Below, one piece after another: positions 1-12,350 of a stretch of 64,000 bases of DNA. Made by a program: the position numbers and the translations under genes. Position 1 is the stretch's first letter, and every line of letters begins with the position of its first letter. The notes beneath the pieces are model-generated. The model ran no database searches, was not told the origin of the DNA, and worked only from the letters and a program-made list of their open reading frames with translations. Source of the stretch: the human T2T-CHM13v2.0 reference genome, Homo sapiens; assembly GCF_009914755.1 (NCBI RefSeq), contig NC_060940.1. The stretch is one strand, 5' to 3'.

Positions 1-398
1 AAGCCCAGCCATTCTATATTATTAATTAAAATAAAGAGTAGACTAGAAAACCAAATGCAGTATAATCTCAACACTGTTTATATATATAGATAGATATAGA
101 TATATTATATAAACAGAAAATTAAATGTGCTGGAATAGTACCTCTAGTGGCTCTGGATAGAGGGATTATGGCTTTAAATAGTTTTTTTTCCCCCATTTTT
201 TCCCCCTAGTTTTCTATATTGGGTTACATTTTATAAATCAGTAATTACCAAATAAACACTATTTTTAAAAGAGAAAGAGAAGTCGCTATGGCCCAAAATC
301 ACCTCCCCAGGCAATTTCAAATCTAATCCACTGGAAACATAGGTCAACTCATCAGATACGCCTTAGCTTAGCAAGTTACCATGTTAAAATGTCCCATG

Positions 399-693
399 GG
401 CCAGGCACAGTGACTCACGCCTGTAATCCCAGCACTTTGGGAGGCTGAGGTGGGCAGATCATGAGGTCAGGAGTTCAATACCAGCCTGGCCAAGATGGTG
501 AAACCTAGTCTCTACTAAAAATACAAAAAGATTAGCTGAGCATGGTGGCAGATACCTGTAATCCCAGCTACTTGGGAGGCTGAGGCAGAGAATGGCTTCA
601 CCCCGGGAGGCGGAGGTAGCAGTGGGCAGAGATGGGACCACTGCACTCCAACCTGGGCGACAGAGGGAGACTCCGTGAAAAAAAAAAAAAAAA
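399..693 (+). mobile_element. Alu SINE, full length (AluS, Sg-like)
   Basis: GGCCAGGCACAGTG start, dimeric body, A-rich linker, poly(A); TSD aaaatgtcccatg / aaaatctcccatg. Confidence 0.95.
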
Positions 694-1836
694 TCTCCCA
701 TGATCAGGAGTTGCTGGTTGTTCTGTGCCCCATGCTAAACAGTGCAGGGAGAATGGTTGGCTCCAGGCTTCCTATAAGATACCAGTTTTGGTCACCATGT
801 CTGGACCTTTTTTTCAATCTCTACTGGGGTAGACTGAGGCAGAAGAAAGTCCATTTTTTTTCACCTATGTGTTTTCTGTTCTTTTAAAATTCTACTTAAT
901 TTACTAAATGTGCCTAGCTGAATTCACCCTTCTTGTGGACTGCTGAGCCAAGACTAACTGCTATACCCCAGCTCTGATTGCCCAACAAGACCACATTCTG
1001 CTTTAAAGGTTGCTTGGGCTCTGCTGTAACTAAAAAAGGAATGATTTAGGCCTGAGAGTTTCATCCTAAGAAACATCTACCGGTGGCGGACGTGGTCATT
1101 CGAACACTTTCAAGACACTCTTAAAATGGAACCATGTCTAGCAACACTGTCTCCTCTGGTGTCTTTATTTCAAAACACTCACGGCAGCAGGGAACTTAAA
1201 AGAAGCTCGCTGAAAACCTCATCGTGGAAGGAGTAAGAAATTAAACACGATAAGCATTTTCCCTTTTAGGATAAAAGTGCGCAAGAGAAAACACTATCTC
1301 TGGGATCCTAGGTTTGCCTGAAACACATTTTACGCTGGAAATCAGATCCTAACGTTAAATCAGCTAATCTTTCACATTTCCACCACATCCCCATTTCTAA
1401 CCTTAGCCCCAAATTAAGTCAGGATTCCAGGCATAGCTGGCATACTTGGGTTTGTCTGGGTAAGTTAAATGGTCAAATAGTATTAGCCAAATTCCTACAG
1501 AGTCCTGTACCTGGTATGCCAAACACTAAGGAAAAAGCAAGCGGATATCTGCTTACAAAGTCAATAATCTAACATAGGGGGAGAGTCTGGGGTAGGCTAT
1601 GGGGGAAGGCTGGTCTAGGGCATAGAACTGGGGGGCTGGAGAGAAAGAATGATGTCGTGAACAGCAGACATTCTCTTCAAGGAACAGACAGTAAATACCT
1701 GGGGCTTTCTCGGTCTAGGCCAAGAGGTAAAGTGAAAGCTATCATATGGGTACTTATCAAACCATTTAAAATGTAACCACTTAAAAATATAAAAAACGTT
1801 TTTTCTTCACAGGGCCATTTAAAAAATCCATGCTGG

Positions 1837-2111
1837 GGCCGGGCACAGTGGCTCACACCTGTAATCCCAGCATTTTGGGAGACCGAGGCGGGCGGATCAC
1901 GAGGTCAGGAGATGAGACCATCCTGGCTAACACAGTGAAAGCCCGTCTCTACTAAAAATACAAAAAATTACCCCGGCGTGGTGGCGGGCACCTGTAGTCC
2001 CAGCTATTTGGGAGGCTGAGGTGGAGAACGGCGTGAACCCGGGAGGTGGAGCTTGCAGTGAGCCGAGATTGTGCCACTGCACTCCAGCCTGGGGGATTGA
2101 GCTAGGCTCCA

Positions 2112-2142
<31 letters not shown>
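1837..2142 (+). mobile_element. AluY
   Basis: Y diagnostics gaccatcctggctaacac, ggcgtgaacccgggagg, gagcttgcagtg; long poly(A); TSD aaaaaatccatgct / aaaaaattcatgct. Confidence 0.93.
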
Positions 2143-2144
<2 letters not shown>

Positions 2145-2151
2145 CATGCTA

Positions 2152-2473
<322 letters not shown>

Positions 2474-2837
2474 TCAGTGTCACTTTAATGTAAATGAGTT
2501 TTTATTTTATTTCATTTTAAGTTCTGGGCTACATATGCAGGATGTGCAGGTTTGTTACATAGGTAAACGGTGGCTGTTAGCTGCACCTATCAACCCACCA
2601 CCTAGGTATTACGCCCAGCATGCATTAGCTATTTTACCTAATGCTCTCCCGCTACTTCCCGCCCTCCCCTGACAGGCCCCAGTGTGTGTTGTTTCCCCAC
2701 ATGTGTCCATGTGTTCTCATTGGTCAGTTCCCACTTATAAGTGAGAACATGCAGTGTTTGGTTTTCTGTTCCTGGGTTAGTTTGCTGAGGATAACGGCTT
2801 CCAATTCTATCCATGTCCCTGCAAAGGATAAGAACTC

Positions 2838-2950
2838 GGCTGGGCACAGTGGCTCATTCTTGTAATCTCCAGCTCTGAGCAACAGAGCAAGACTCCATCT
2901 CAGAAAACAAACAAACAAACAACAACAACAACAACAACAAAAACAAATAA
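2838..2950 (+). mobile_element. Internally deleted Alu (~64-bp body plus AAAC/AAC tail)
   Basis: Alu 5' end ggctgggcacagtggctca..tgtaatc fused to Alu 3' end tccagc..acagagcaagactccatctc; TSD aaaggataagaactc / aaaggacatgatctc. Confidence 0.88.
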
Positions 2951-2972
2951 AAAGGACATGATCTCTCTCTGC

Positions 2973-3259
<287 letters not shown>

Positions 3260-3335
3260 GATCTCATTCCTTTTTGAGGCTGCATAGTATTCCATGCTGT
3301 ATATGTACTACATTTTCTTTATCCAGTCTATCATC

Positions 3336-3453
3336 ACTGGGTATATATACCCAAAAGAATATAAATCATTCTATTATAAAGATACCTGCACGCGTATGTT
3401 CATTGCAGCACTATTCACAACAGCAAAGACATAGAATCAACCCAAATGCCCAT
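3336..3453 (+). mobile_element. Inverted 5' segment of the same L1PA insertion
   Basis: actgggtatatatacccaaa..tgttcattgcagcactattcacaa..aatcaacccaaatgcccat is sense L1 lying immediately upstream of where the minus segment ends. Confidence 0.85.
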
Positions 3454-3545
3454 TTTTCTTCTATAAAATGCGGAAAATACTAGGTATCCCTAATTATCCA
3501 ACATGATTGTTTTTGAAGATCCAACGAGGGAACAAATGTGAAAAA
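3454..3545 (+). mobile_element. MIR 3' half (5' half probably at ~2462-2498)
   Basis: ttcttctataaaatgcggaaaata..gattgtttttgaagatccaacgag resembles MIR core ctcatctgtaaaatgggga..ttgttgtgaggattaaatgag. Confidence 0.55.
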
Positions 3546-3716
3546 AACTGTGATGGATCTAAAATTTCTATATCAACACAAGGTATTATTATGAATACTA
3601 CTACTTACCCACAGGCAAGTTTCATCATAAAAATCCTGACATGGGTCCTCTTAACTGGCAATCATCACAAAAGATTAAAATATATGCTGAACACTCTCAC
3701 AAGAAGAATGGGAGAA

Positions 3717-4023
3717 GGTCCTGTGTGGTGGCTCATGCCTGTAATCTCAACACTTTGGGAGGCTGAGGTGGGCAGATGGATCCCTTGAGCCCAGGAGTTC
3801 GAGACCAGCCTAGGCAACATGGCAAAACCCTGTCACTTCAAAAAGTACAAAAAATTCAGCCAGTCATGGAAGTCTGTGCCTGTAGTCCCAGCTACTCAGG
3901 AAGCTGAGAGGTAGGTGGGTTGCCTGAGTCCAGGAGGTTGAGGCTGCAGTGGACTGTGATCATGCCACTGCACTTCAGCCTGGGGAACAGAACAAGACTC
4001 TGTCTCAAAAGAAAAAAAAAAAA
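3717..4023 (+). mobile_element. AluJ
   Basis: cttgagcccaggagttcgagaccagcctaggcaacatgg and gaggctgcagtg (J diagnostics); TSD aagaagaatgggagaa / aagagaataggggaa. Confidence 0.92.
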
Positions 4024-5568
4024 GAGAATAGGGGAAGGGTGTATTTCATAAAGATGACCTGAGAAATAACACTGCAATCCCCTCCTAGACTGAGGATTAG
4101 AGATGGGCAGAATGTGTGGAAATTGGCTTTAAGCCCCAGAGCACTTCTTTGTCCACAAACCCTACACTTCCTTCCCATTTCCCCATGTGCTTTCTTGAAG
4201 CTGGTCCCATATTCTGACCATAAATCCAAAAGATAAGTGCTCAGAGCGTCCCACCATGGCAAGACAGTGTACATAAGAGATTCTAACTCACACTTGGCTT
4301 AATATTACTTGTACACAGCAGGCACTAAAAACATGTGTGTTGGAATATAATTCAGCTGACTGCTTTGAAGGAACAGATTACAAATACAGACCAGGTAAAA
4401 TGACTTATTGGCTCAGTTTCAGAGATTATTGAAAAGTACAAAACAATAACAACAACATTGTTTTTTATCTTGATGAAATTGAAAAAATTTCTCTGGAGCT
4501 CAATATTTATTAATGCTTTTATTCAAAAGCAGAAAACAACAATTTTTTTTCAGGAGAAATGCGTTCTCGTGTCTTTTCCTCTATTTGATGTGATGCGATA
4601 TTAACTAATGACTAAATCCATGGCAATTACCCGCCAATAGATTCAGGCTGTATCTTCAAAAGGATACTGTATGTTTGTCAGCCTTGGTCCATAAGCAGAG
4701 CTCTTGCTTAATAGCATCCAGATCCAGATTTAATAAGTATTCAAAGGTATTTTTAAAAAAACAACAACCTTTAAAACGAACAAAATAGAGAGTTTGGCCA
4801 TGAAAATTGCCCAATGAACATACATACCACTGAGTTATTAGCATTTCTAATTACTCTTTTTTAGTCTTTAGGTTCTATCTTCCGTCTATTTTCTCCTCAC
4901 TATTTGTGGGTGCTCAGACTCTATACGTTGCAGCAGTAGTGACTGACTTTAAATTACTCATAAACTTTGTAACAATCTGATGTTTTCCTCCTCTAAATTG
5001 GCAGGAAACCCTCTGCTTTTCCCAGTCTCTATATGCACAAGCTGCAGCTTTCATTCTGGTAGAAATGCAGACGTGTGGATTCACTCTAGTAAAATCCCTG
5101 ACTTAACGCCATTTCAGAAGTGAGAAGGCGATGCAAATACATTTGATTTGCTCATCATCATCATCGCTCCATCATTTGATTTCTGCATCGTACAACCAAT
5201 TTATTCATCATAACCACCTACAGAATGTGCACGTATCACTCACACAGTGTTTGCTCCCTGCTCGTGGAAAATAAATGATCAAGACAAATTCGAATATTTG
5301 ACACTTCTTCCATTTCAAAAAAATAAAGGGATCAATTTAAAGCCCTTCACTACTGCCCCTAAGAAGAGCGGACTAGAAATTGAAAGGGTTGTCAACAATA
5401 GAAAGGAGTTTTCCTTTAGAATGCTTTGATTTAAACAAAGGGTATCAGCGGACACAATTGGAAGCACCCACATTTTTACTTTTAAATTAAAATTTAAAAA
5501 GGATTCAGACTGTGGATTTTACCCTCAGCCACTGGGGGACGACTTAGCAGGAAAATCATAGGTAACTT

Positions 5569-5635
5569 GATGGATGGATGGAAGGAAGGAAAGGAGGGAG
5601 GGAGGGAAGAAGGAAGGAAGGGAAAGAGGGAGGGG
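5569..5635 (+). repeat. Purine-rich low-complexity tract (GGAT/GGAA/GGGA)n
   Basis: gatggatggatggaaggaaggaaaggagggagggagggaagaaggaagg read directly. Confidence 0.85.
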
Positions 5636-7150
5636 TAATTGGTTGAAGGCATATGTATATTCATTTAAGAAAACTCAGTAGACATGCCAGATAAGAACAG
5701 CTACCTCCAAAAATTCACACCCAATCAAGTTGAATCCTAATTTCATTCTAGCACATGGCATAGAAAGAAGAGACGCTATTCTCAAATTGCCTAAGCTGTG
5801 AAAATTCCAGAGTTGTTACTCCAATTGGTCAATCTGAAATGTGTAAACATGTATTTATATTTTGTAAATACATATTTAGACCAGGTGTGTGTGTGGGTGG
5901 GTGGTGGGGACAGTCAGGCAATATGGCTCCTGGCTGTTACTGATTCTGTGTAGTAGAGTTGAGATTTCAAACGGGCAATGTCCCTCGTTCCTCTTCATCT
6001 CAGCCAGACCGGAAAATATTTCGTCCCACTGCATTAGAGAAAACAGAAAGCAGGATTTTAATTTTTCTTAGGGAGCCCTGCACTCTGCATTTTTCAAAAG
6101 CCAAAGTATGCACTTTCAGAAGCGTTTACTTTAGAGGAAAAAAAAATAGCGATTCAGGGATTAATGGGAAATGGAGAGCGGCCGGGCCTGATGGATTTAT
6201 TTTCACTCCAGAATGAAAATCTGACGCAATCACTCACAAAAGGAGATGGTTTCACACCTCCATCGTCGTATTTGCTTTCCGGGTGTTGTGTGCCCCTTTT
6301 CTTCAAACACATATGAATGTCGGGTATAGGGAGGCATGTTTGTTCCCAAGCTATCACTATACAGAAACACTGTGCATTTTCCCCCTCTGCTTCATACATT
6401 TCTTGCTCTGAAAATGCTTTGCTTTGCTGGGGATAAAAGCACTCCAAGGCACCTTTTTGTTATTGTTTACCCACAGGAAAAACAAACAGTCTGTTAACTG
6501 AAACACTACATTAAAGGATAAACTTCTTAGCACTGAATTTACAAAATTATCTTTCCCATTCCTCGAATGTTCCTGAGTTTAGAGTATGATTAAATTAAAC
6601 AATACTTTGTTAAAGAAACAGGATGATAAATAGAACCTCCCAATAAAAATGATCAGGCTGGGATAGAAAGGGATTGTTACATATCTTAGCAAGGAACAAA
6701 TATGTTTATTTTCTCAACACTAGTTTAGGATTCTGTTTATTGGGTGACAACAATTTTGGCTTAGATACATAGATTCTAAATTCAAAGGATTGTCAAAAGC
6801 CAGGGGCTTGGGAAGCCGAGCAACTGTATTTCAGGGCTTAGGACAGCACCGCAGACTGTGACAACAGGAAGACTCTGAGACAAGCTTTCTCTTGCACCTA
6901 TCTGATGGAGGCTTTGTCAGCCGCTGCTGGAACCTCAACTCGAGCAGAAACAGCTGAAACATCAACTCAAGCTGTCACCCCTGTGATAGGTCTCATAAAT
7001 CCAGATTAAACCTTTCTGTTTGTTTGCTGATCTTATTTTGTTTTTGAAAAGCAGGAGGAAGAAAGAGGGTTAGAAAAGCAGTTTTGGTTTTTTTTGAGTT
7101 TTTGATGACTGTCCACAAGCTTCCCGGGTTCTTCTCAGATAGGCAGGACA

Positions 7151-7215
7151 ATCATTTATTCATTCAACAAACCTTTCCTCAAGGCACTGGGACCATGGAT
7201 GGGCAAGACATAGAT
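7151..7215 (-). mobile_element. L2 3'-end fragment
   Basis: atttattcattcaacaaac..ggcactggga..caagacatag resembles reverse-complement L2 tail. Confidence 0.5.
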
Positions 7216-8493
7216 GTGGGGGAGAAGGGGGTCACTGACTCCTGAGGGCTTTTAGTTTCCCCTAAAACAGATGTGAATTAAAAAATGCTTTTTCTTGAGC
7301 ACCGTAGATGATTTGGGGGAGAAAGCTGTTTCTCATGAAACCATACATGTTAGAACACAATACTCATTAATTATCTTTTCTATTTGATTTTATTCATCTT
7401 TTCCACAGAAAATATAAATTTGCTGGAAAAATATTACATAAAATATTTTTTGAAATTAAATAAAATTAAACTAGATGAATCTCAACTTCTGAAGCATAAG
7501 GTGATAGTTAAGCAACCACATACTCTTCTGTGATTGAAAAGAAAACACCTCCTAAAATTATCCAGTGAAGGTCTAATTAGGAGTTTCTGGCAATTGTGTG
7601 CAAACAAAGTCAGGATTCTCAATTATACTTCATTTAAGCTGCCATTCTAATATTGTATTTTGTTTAATCTTTTTTTGTTCTTTAACACTTAAAGCCAATT
7701 TAATAATTTATAGTTGTTTCTGCACCCTCCACCACCCACTTTTATTAATTTTAAAAGGGCAAAATATGATCCTAAAAATGTAAATGGTTTTCTTTCTAAA
7801 TATTTTAAATCTTCCAGAGAATATCCATTTACATACACACACACAACTTCTCACAAGATGTGACAGGGTATCTATCTTTTGAAACCATCTTTGGGCTATA
7901 TTACACACTGTAAAATAATTCTGTTAATAATGCTGAAAGACAGCAACTGTACATAACATGTTTTTTTAGTTTATAAACCGAGTTGGATTTAGGTTTGTAA
8001 ATATTTGAGGCAAATAACTAATCACAAACTGAGCATGGTGGAGAGTTGTGGGAAACTAAAGGCAATTAAAAACTGCAGATACATAAAAAAGTTATTTGGG
8101 GAGAAATTCTTACCTAGGCTTTTTGACACTTGCAATGATTTTTTTTTTAAAGGGCAATGTGGTGTTTTAAAATTTTAATTTAGTTAAAGAAAACTCAACC
8201 CCAAAAAGCTGCTCTATTGCACTGAAACCTCATGAGGCAAGCTTCAGTCTTAGGCAAACAATAGCAGCTGCATTTATAAACCCTTGAAAAAAGGGTTTAT
8301 AATGCAAACGCTGCCATGACCTTAACTCCAGAGGTGCAAACACGCTGCTGTAATAGGAAAATTATGCATTAAAACAGAATGGGGTTCCTAGAATGTTTTA
8401 AGATTTCTATTTGATCATGTTTTGTAGCTTTTCCAGTTTCAAATAATAAATAAACTTATGCAGTTGAATGAGAAGGAATGCTTCTGTTTCCTC

Positions 8494-8568
8494 AAAATAC
8501 TTAAAATGGGTGAAATGTATGGTATGTAAATTACATTGCAATAAAGCTGTTTAAAAACAAAACAAAAC
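8494..8568 (+). mobile_element. L1M 3'-terminal fragment
   Basis: acttaaaatgggtgaaatgtatggtatgtaaattacattgcaataaagctgtttaaaaac is typical of L1MB/MC/MD ends. Confidence 0.65.
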
Positions 8569-10687
8569 GAGGTGTATTTCCACTGGGGACAAACAGGAAT
8601 TGAAGAGAGTGTGAGGACCATCCTATCAGTGATCAGAAAACAAGGATTACTTGGTGATGAGGGATTTTCAAACTACAAGAAAACTCATAAAATAGTGCCA
8701 ATATTTGCAAATATTACATGAAATTAGCTGCATTCTGAAAGCAGAGAAACACACACTGTAAACGTGGCAAAATCATTTGCTTTTGATAGCTTTTGATATA
8801 ATAGAAAAAAATGATTTCGATGAAATGAAAAAAAAGAAGTAGGGATTTAGGATGGTTAAAAAAAAGGGGAGATGAGGGCATATTTCAATGAAGCTCCATA
8901 TACTTTATTATTCATTCTGAGAGAAAAAAATTAGAGGAGAAAATTCTCTAAGAGGAAAGACTAATAAGATATCAAGCTGGAGGATTTCCTTCTATTTGAA
9001 TTTGGGAAACAGATGAAATAGAAAGCAAGTTTTTATTTATATAGTGAAAATTAAACCTAGATTTTAGAAGATTAATATTGGTAATTTGTTATACAGAAAA
9101 ACAAATCCAGACTTCCCTTGTTGTCTATGGGTCGAAACAATTTCACCTGGACCCGCCAGAGCTGCATCCTCTTTTGGAGTAGTTGAGGCTCATGTGGAAC
9201 ATAAATAATGCCATTCCTTAAGCTCTGATCCACCCAGGGCCCCCACTCAGGGTTTTTCCTTAATGTTCGTAAAAGAAATAAACATCTGGATAAAGTAACA
9301 AAGCAAAAAATATTGACTCATTATTTATTTTCATTTACAGAAGGAAAATCAAAATTGTTCTTAGCTTTTGCTTTTTTTTGTTTGTTTGTTTTTTGGATGT
9401 GAGGCAGAAGTCTGAGATTCATACTGAACAGTGCACTTACTAGGAAAACAGGTGGAAGTTACTAGAAGCAGGATGGTTGTGATTTGCTCTTTTTGAAACA
9501 AAGGTGACTTGATTTATATGAAAGTAAAGTTGAAACAAATTGCCCTAGCACAGGCCTGATGAGACTTTGGTCCTCCCTAAAAATAACCTCACAGGGTCCT
9601 AAATGGAGTATTATAGCTACTTTGAAATGTTTCTGGAGGGTCTATTCTATGGAGATTGTGTGCCCCGTTTCACTAGGCATGGTGCTCAGGATTGGTGCCG
9701 GCATCTGCGCATTTCACAAGTAGTATTGTGTAAATAACCCTAGGCCCATTAATCTGGCAGAAACAGTCAAGAACCGAGTTCCTGCTGCTGCGGCAGGGGG
9801 AGGGCGCGGTCACAGCGCTACCAATGTCCTACTAACACCAGCCTCTGGCATCTGAACCCTAACCTCTTTGACACCCTCAGCACACTGCAGTTTTCCATTA
9901 GAACTTTTCTTTAGATCCAAAGATCAAGCAATACAATGAATCCGAGCTTTCTGCTACCTCCATCTTCTGCTGCCTGAAATGTAACGCTAAATGTTACGGT
10001 TTAGGTAATATCCTTGGTGATATCTATGCCTGGAAAGAAAAGGATGAAGCATTCTTCCTGACAAAAGAAAGGAAAAAGAATAGGTGTGAACAGAGGGAAG
10101 CTGTCCAGCAACATTTCACACGTGAACGTATGTGATGTGTACGGGGCAAAAGTGAGGTTGGTGTTGAAAGCCTTGGTCTGGTCAGGAACATCTCTGACTG
10201 GTCATCCAGCCATTTACAAATAAAATTCAGGAGTTTGCATGTGATATGGAAACAGCTCAGATTTGGAATGCAGTTTTCCCAGGAGTGGACAGACTTCCAG
10301 CTCTGAAATAGAGCTTCTTATTTTGAACACATCATTTCTTTCTCTTGTTGGTTTTTTGAAAGATGTAAATACCATTTGGTCCCCTTTTTTCTCCTTTTTT
10401 ATCTTGAGTAAAAGCTTAAAATAAAAAATGAAAAGATTCCACGGGCACTATATATCTAAGAGAAGAGCTAACACTGAAGGGAATACATGTCTTCACTTTT
10501 ATTGCTTTCTCTCAGTGTTGAAATCAGGGAAGATCTGAAAGGATCTTATTTCCTGGCTCTTTTTGCTGGAATCTGGAACCTTTGACCGCTCTACAGGAGA
10601 AAAGACTGGGTAGCCCTGCCTCACCTTTATGAATAGAAAGTGTGTCGGCTATGTTTTCATGATAAAAACGGATCTGAGTAGGATAAC

Positions 10688-10993
10688 TTTTTCCTTCTTC
10701 TTCTTTTTTTTTGAGACAGGGTGTCCTCTGTCACCCAGGCTGAAGTGCAATGGCATGATCATAGCTTACCGCAGCCTCCACCTCCCAGGCTCAGATGATC
10801 CTCCCTCCTCAGCCTCCTGAGTAGCTGGGACCATAGGTGCATGCTGCCATGCCCAGCTAATTTTTGTAGTTTTGGTAGAGATGGGGTTTTGCCATGTTGC
10901 CCAGGCTGATCTCGAACTCCTGGGCTCAAGCAATGCACCCACGTCGGCCTCCCAAAGTGCTGGGATTACAGGTGTGAGCCACCACGCCTGGCC
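10688..10993 (-). mobile_element. AluJ
   Basis: gatcatagcttaccgcagcctc and ctcctgggctcaagcaat (J diagnostics); full length. Confidence 0.93.
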
Positions 10994-12224
10994 ACTTTTT
11001 TTCTTTCAATCTAAAATGCGATTCTCTCTTTGAACAAATTTCACTAAACAACATGTTCAAGAGAGCAAAGCTATTAAAGAAAAAAAAAAAAAAGCTTGAC
11101 ACAATGAGGGGCCCCGGGCAGGAGTTTAGCCTAGAAGAAAGGAGGAGGGAGGGGAAGGAACAGGCAAATGAACCATGCATGTCCCGAGACAACTGCTGAG
11201 GGCAGACCAGAACTAGAATAGCCAGAGATGACGGATGTGACAGGGCTTGGTCAGGGGTAAGAAAGGCGATTCCAGCTCTCAGGAGGTAAGACAAGCACAG
11301 GGCTGTGGCAGAATCCTGTCAAAAAAGAAACATTCTGAAACCAAAATATAAACCAGTCCTTTGCAACTTTGGAATCTTTCTCAAAGGGGCTGGTAACAGC
11401 TGAGGGGTACTTGCCATCTAATCTATAAACTAGCAAAATCCTTTTGTAAGTGACTTGGGATCCAGTGCAGCTGTGCACTGAAATCACTTTGTTTACAATT
11501 ACATGTCAATTACAGGGTTCCTCCAAATCCCAAATTGAAGGGAGTTCGGAAGATATAACTAAAACACAGTGTTAAAATTCTAAATACTCAGTGGATGATT
11601 CACAGCAACTCACAACTAAATCCAGGATCTCTGCTATATTTGCAGAGACGTAATTTTATGCTGCTGGGGCTGAGCACACGAAGTACAGTGATACAGAGAC
11701 AGAACAGGGACTGACACTCGCAGAAACACCTTGGAAGCATGTAGATACAAATAAAAGACACAGCGGAACAAATTGTAACCGTTCACTCCAGCTACAGTTT
11801 TATAATTTCAACACTCGCCTGTTCCCCTCTATGATGCTTTTTTAAACTAGCCGTATGGAAAAACGGAATCTTCACGTGGGCTAAAGGAAGAGATTTGTGT
11901 GATTTCATACCAGGACGGTTCAGGGGAGACATAAAAGCAACATGAAATTTTAAATGCAATTATTTTAGATTAGAATGTTTGGATTGAAAGATCCGGAGGG
12001 TATTGTTTTTGATAAGACAGTCCCACTTGACAAGGGCTGTCACCACTCTGGGGCTCTCTGTTGTCAACTAGAGATGAAAGGCCATCAGAAAGAATTAACT
12101 TCAGCTTTTAAACAGTTTGAAAATGTCAGAGAGGTCAGAGAAGATCTATTTCTTTATATGGCATATTTACCTGATGAGCTTTTGGGTAACAATGTGCTTT
12201 TACTTTCCATTCAAGTTAGTCTAA

Positions 12225-12350
12225 AATCACGGTAATTGATCACAGGTTAATGACAGCTGACAAGGAAACACTATGATTGGCTGAAGTCTGTGTCAATCAC
12301 AGCTGTTTCGGGTCTAAGTGGAGCATACTAGATCTAATAGCAGTAATTGG
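12225..12350. promoter_or_regulatory. Candidate TALE-homeodomain (MEIS/PBX) enhancer module
   Basis: TGACAG-CTGACA 12251-12262, TGATTGGCTG at 12274, TGATTGACA (minus strand) 12291-12299, two CAGCTG, TAATT; motif evidence only. Confidence 0.4.

Noticed and set aside
11110-12150. Faint CR1/L3-like words (gtttagcctagaagaaag; cagcttttaaacagtttgaa)
   Set aside because: Too short and diverged to call by eye; needs a Dfam HMM search.
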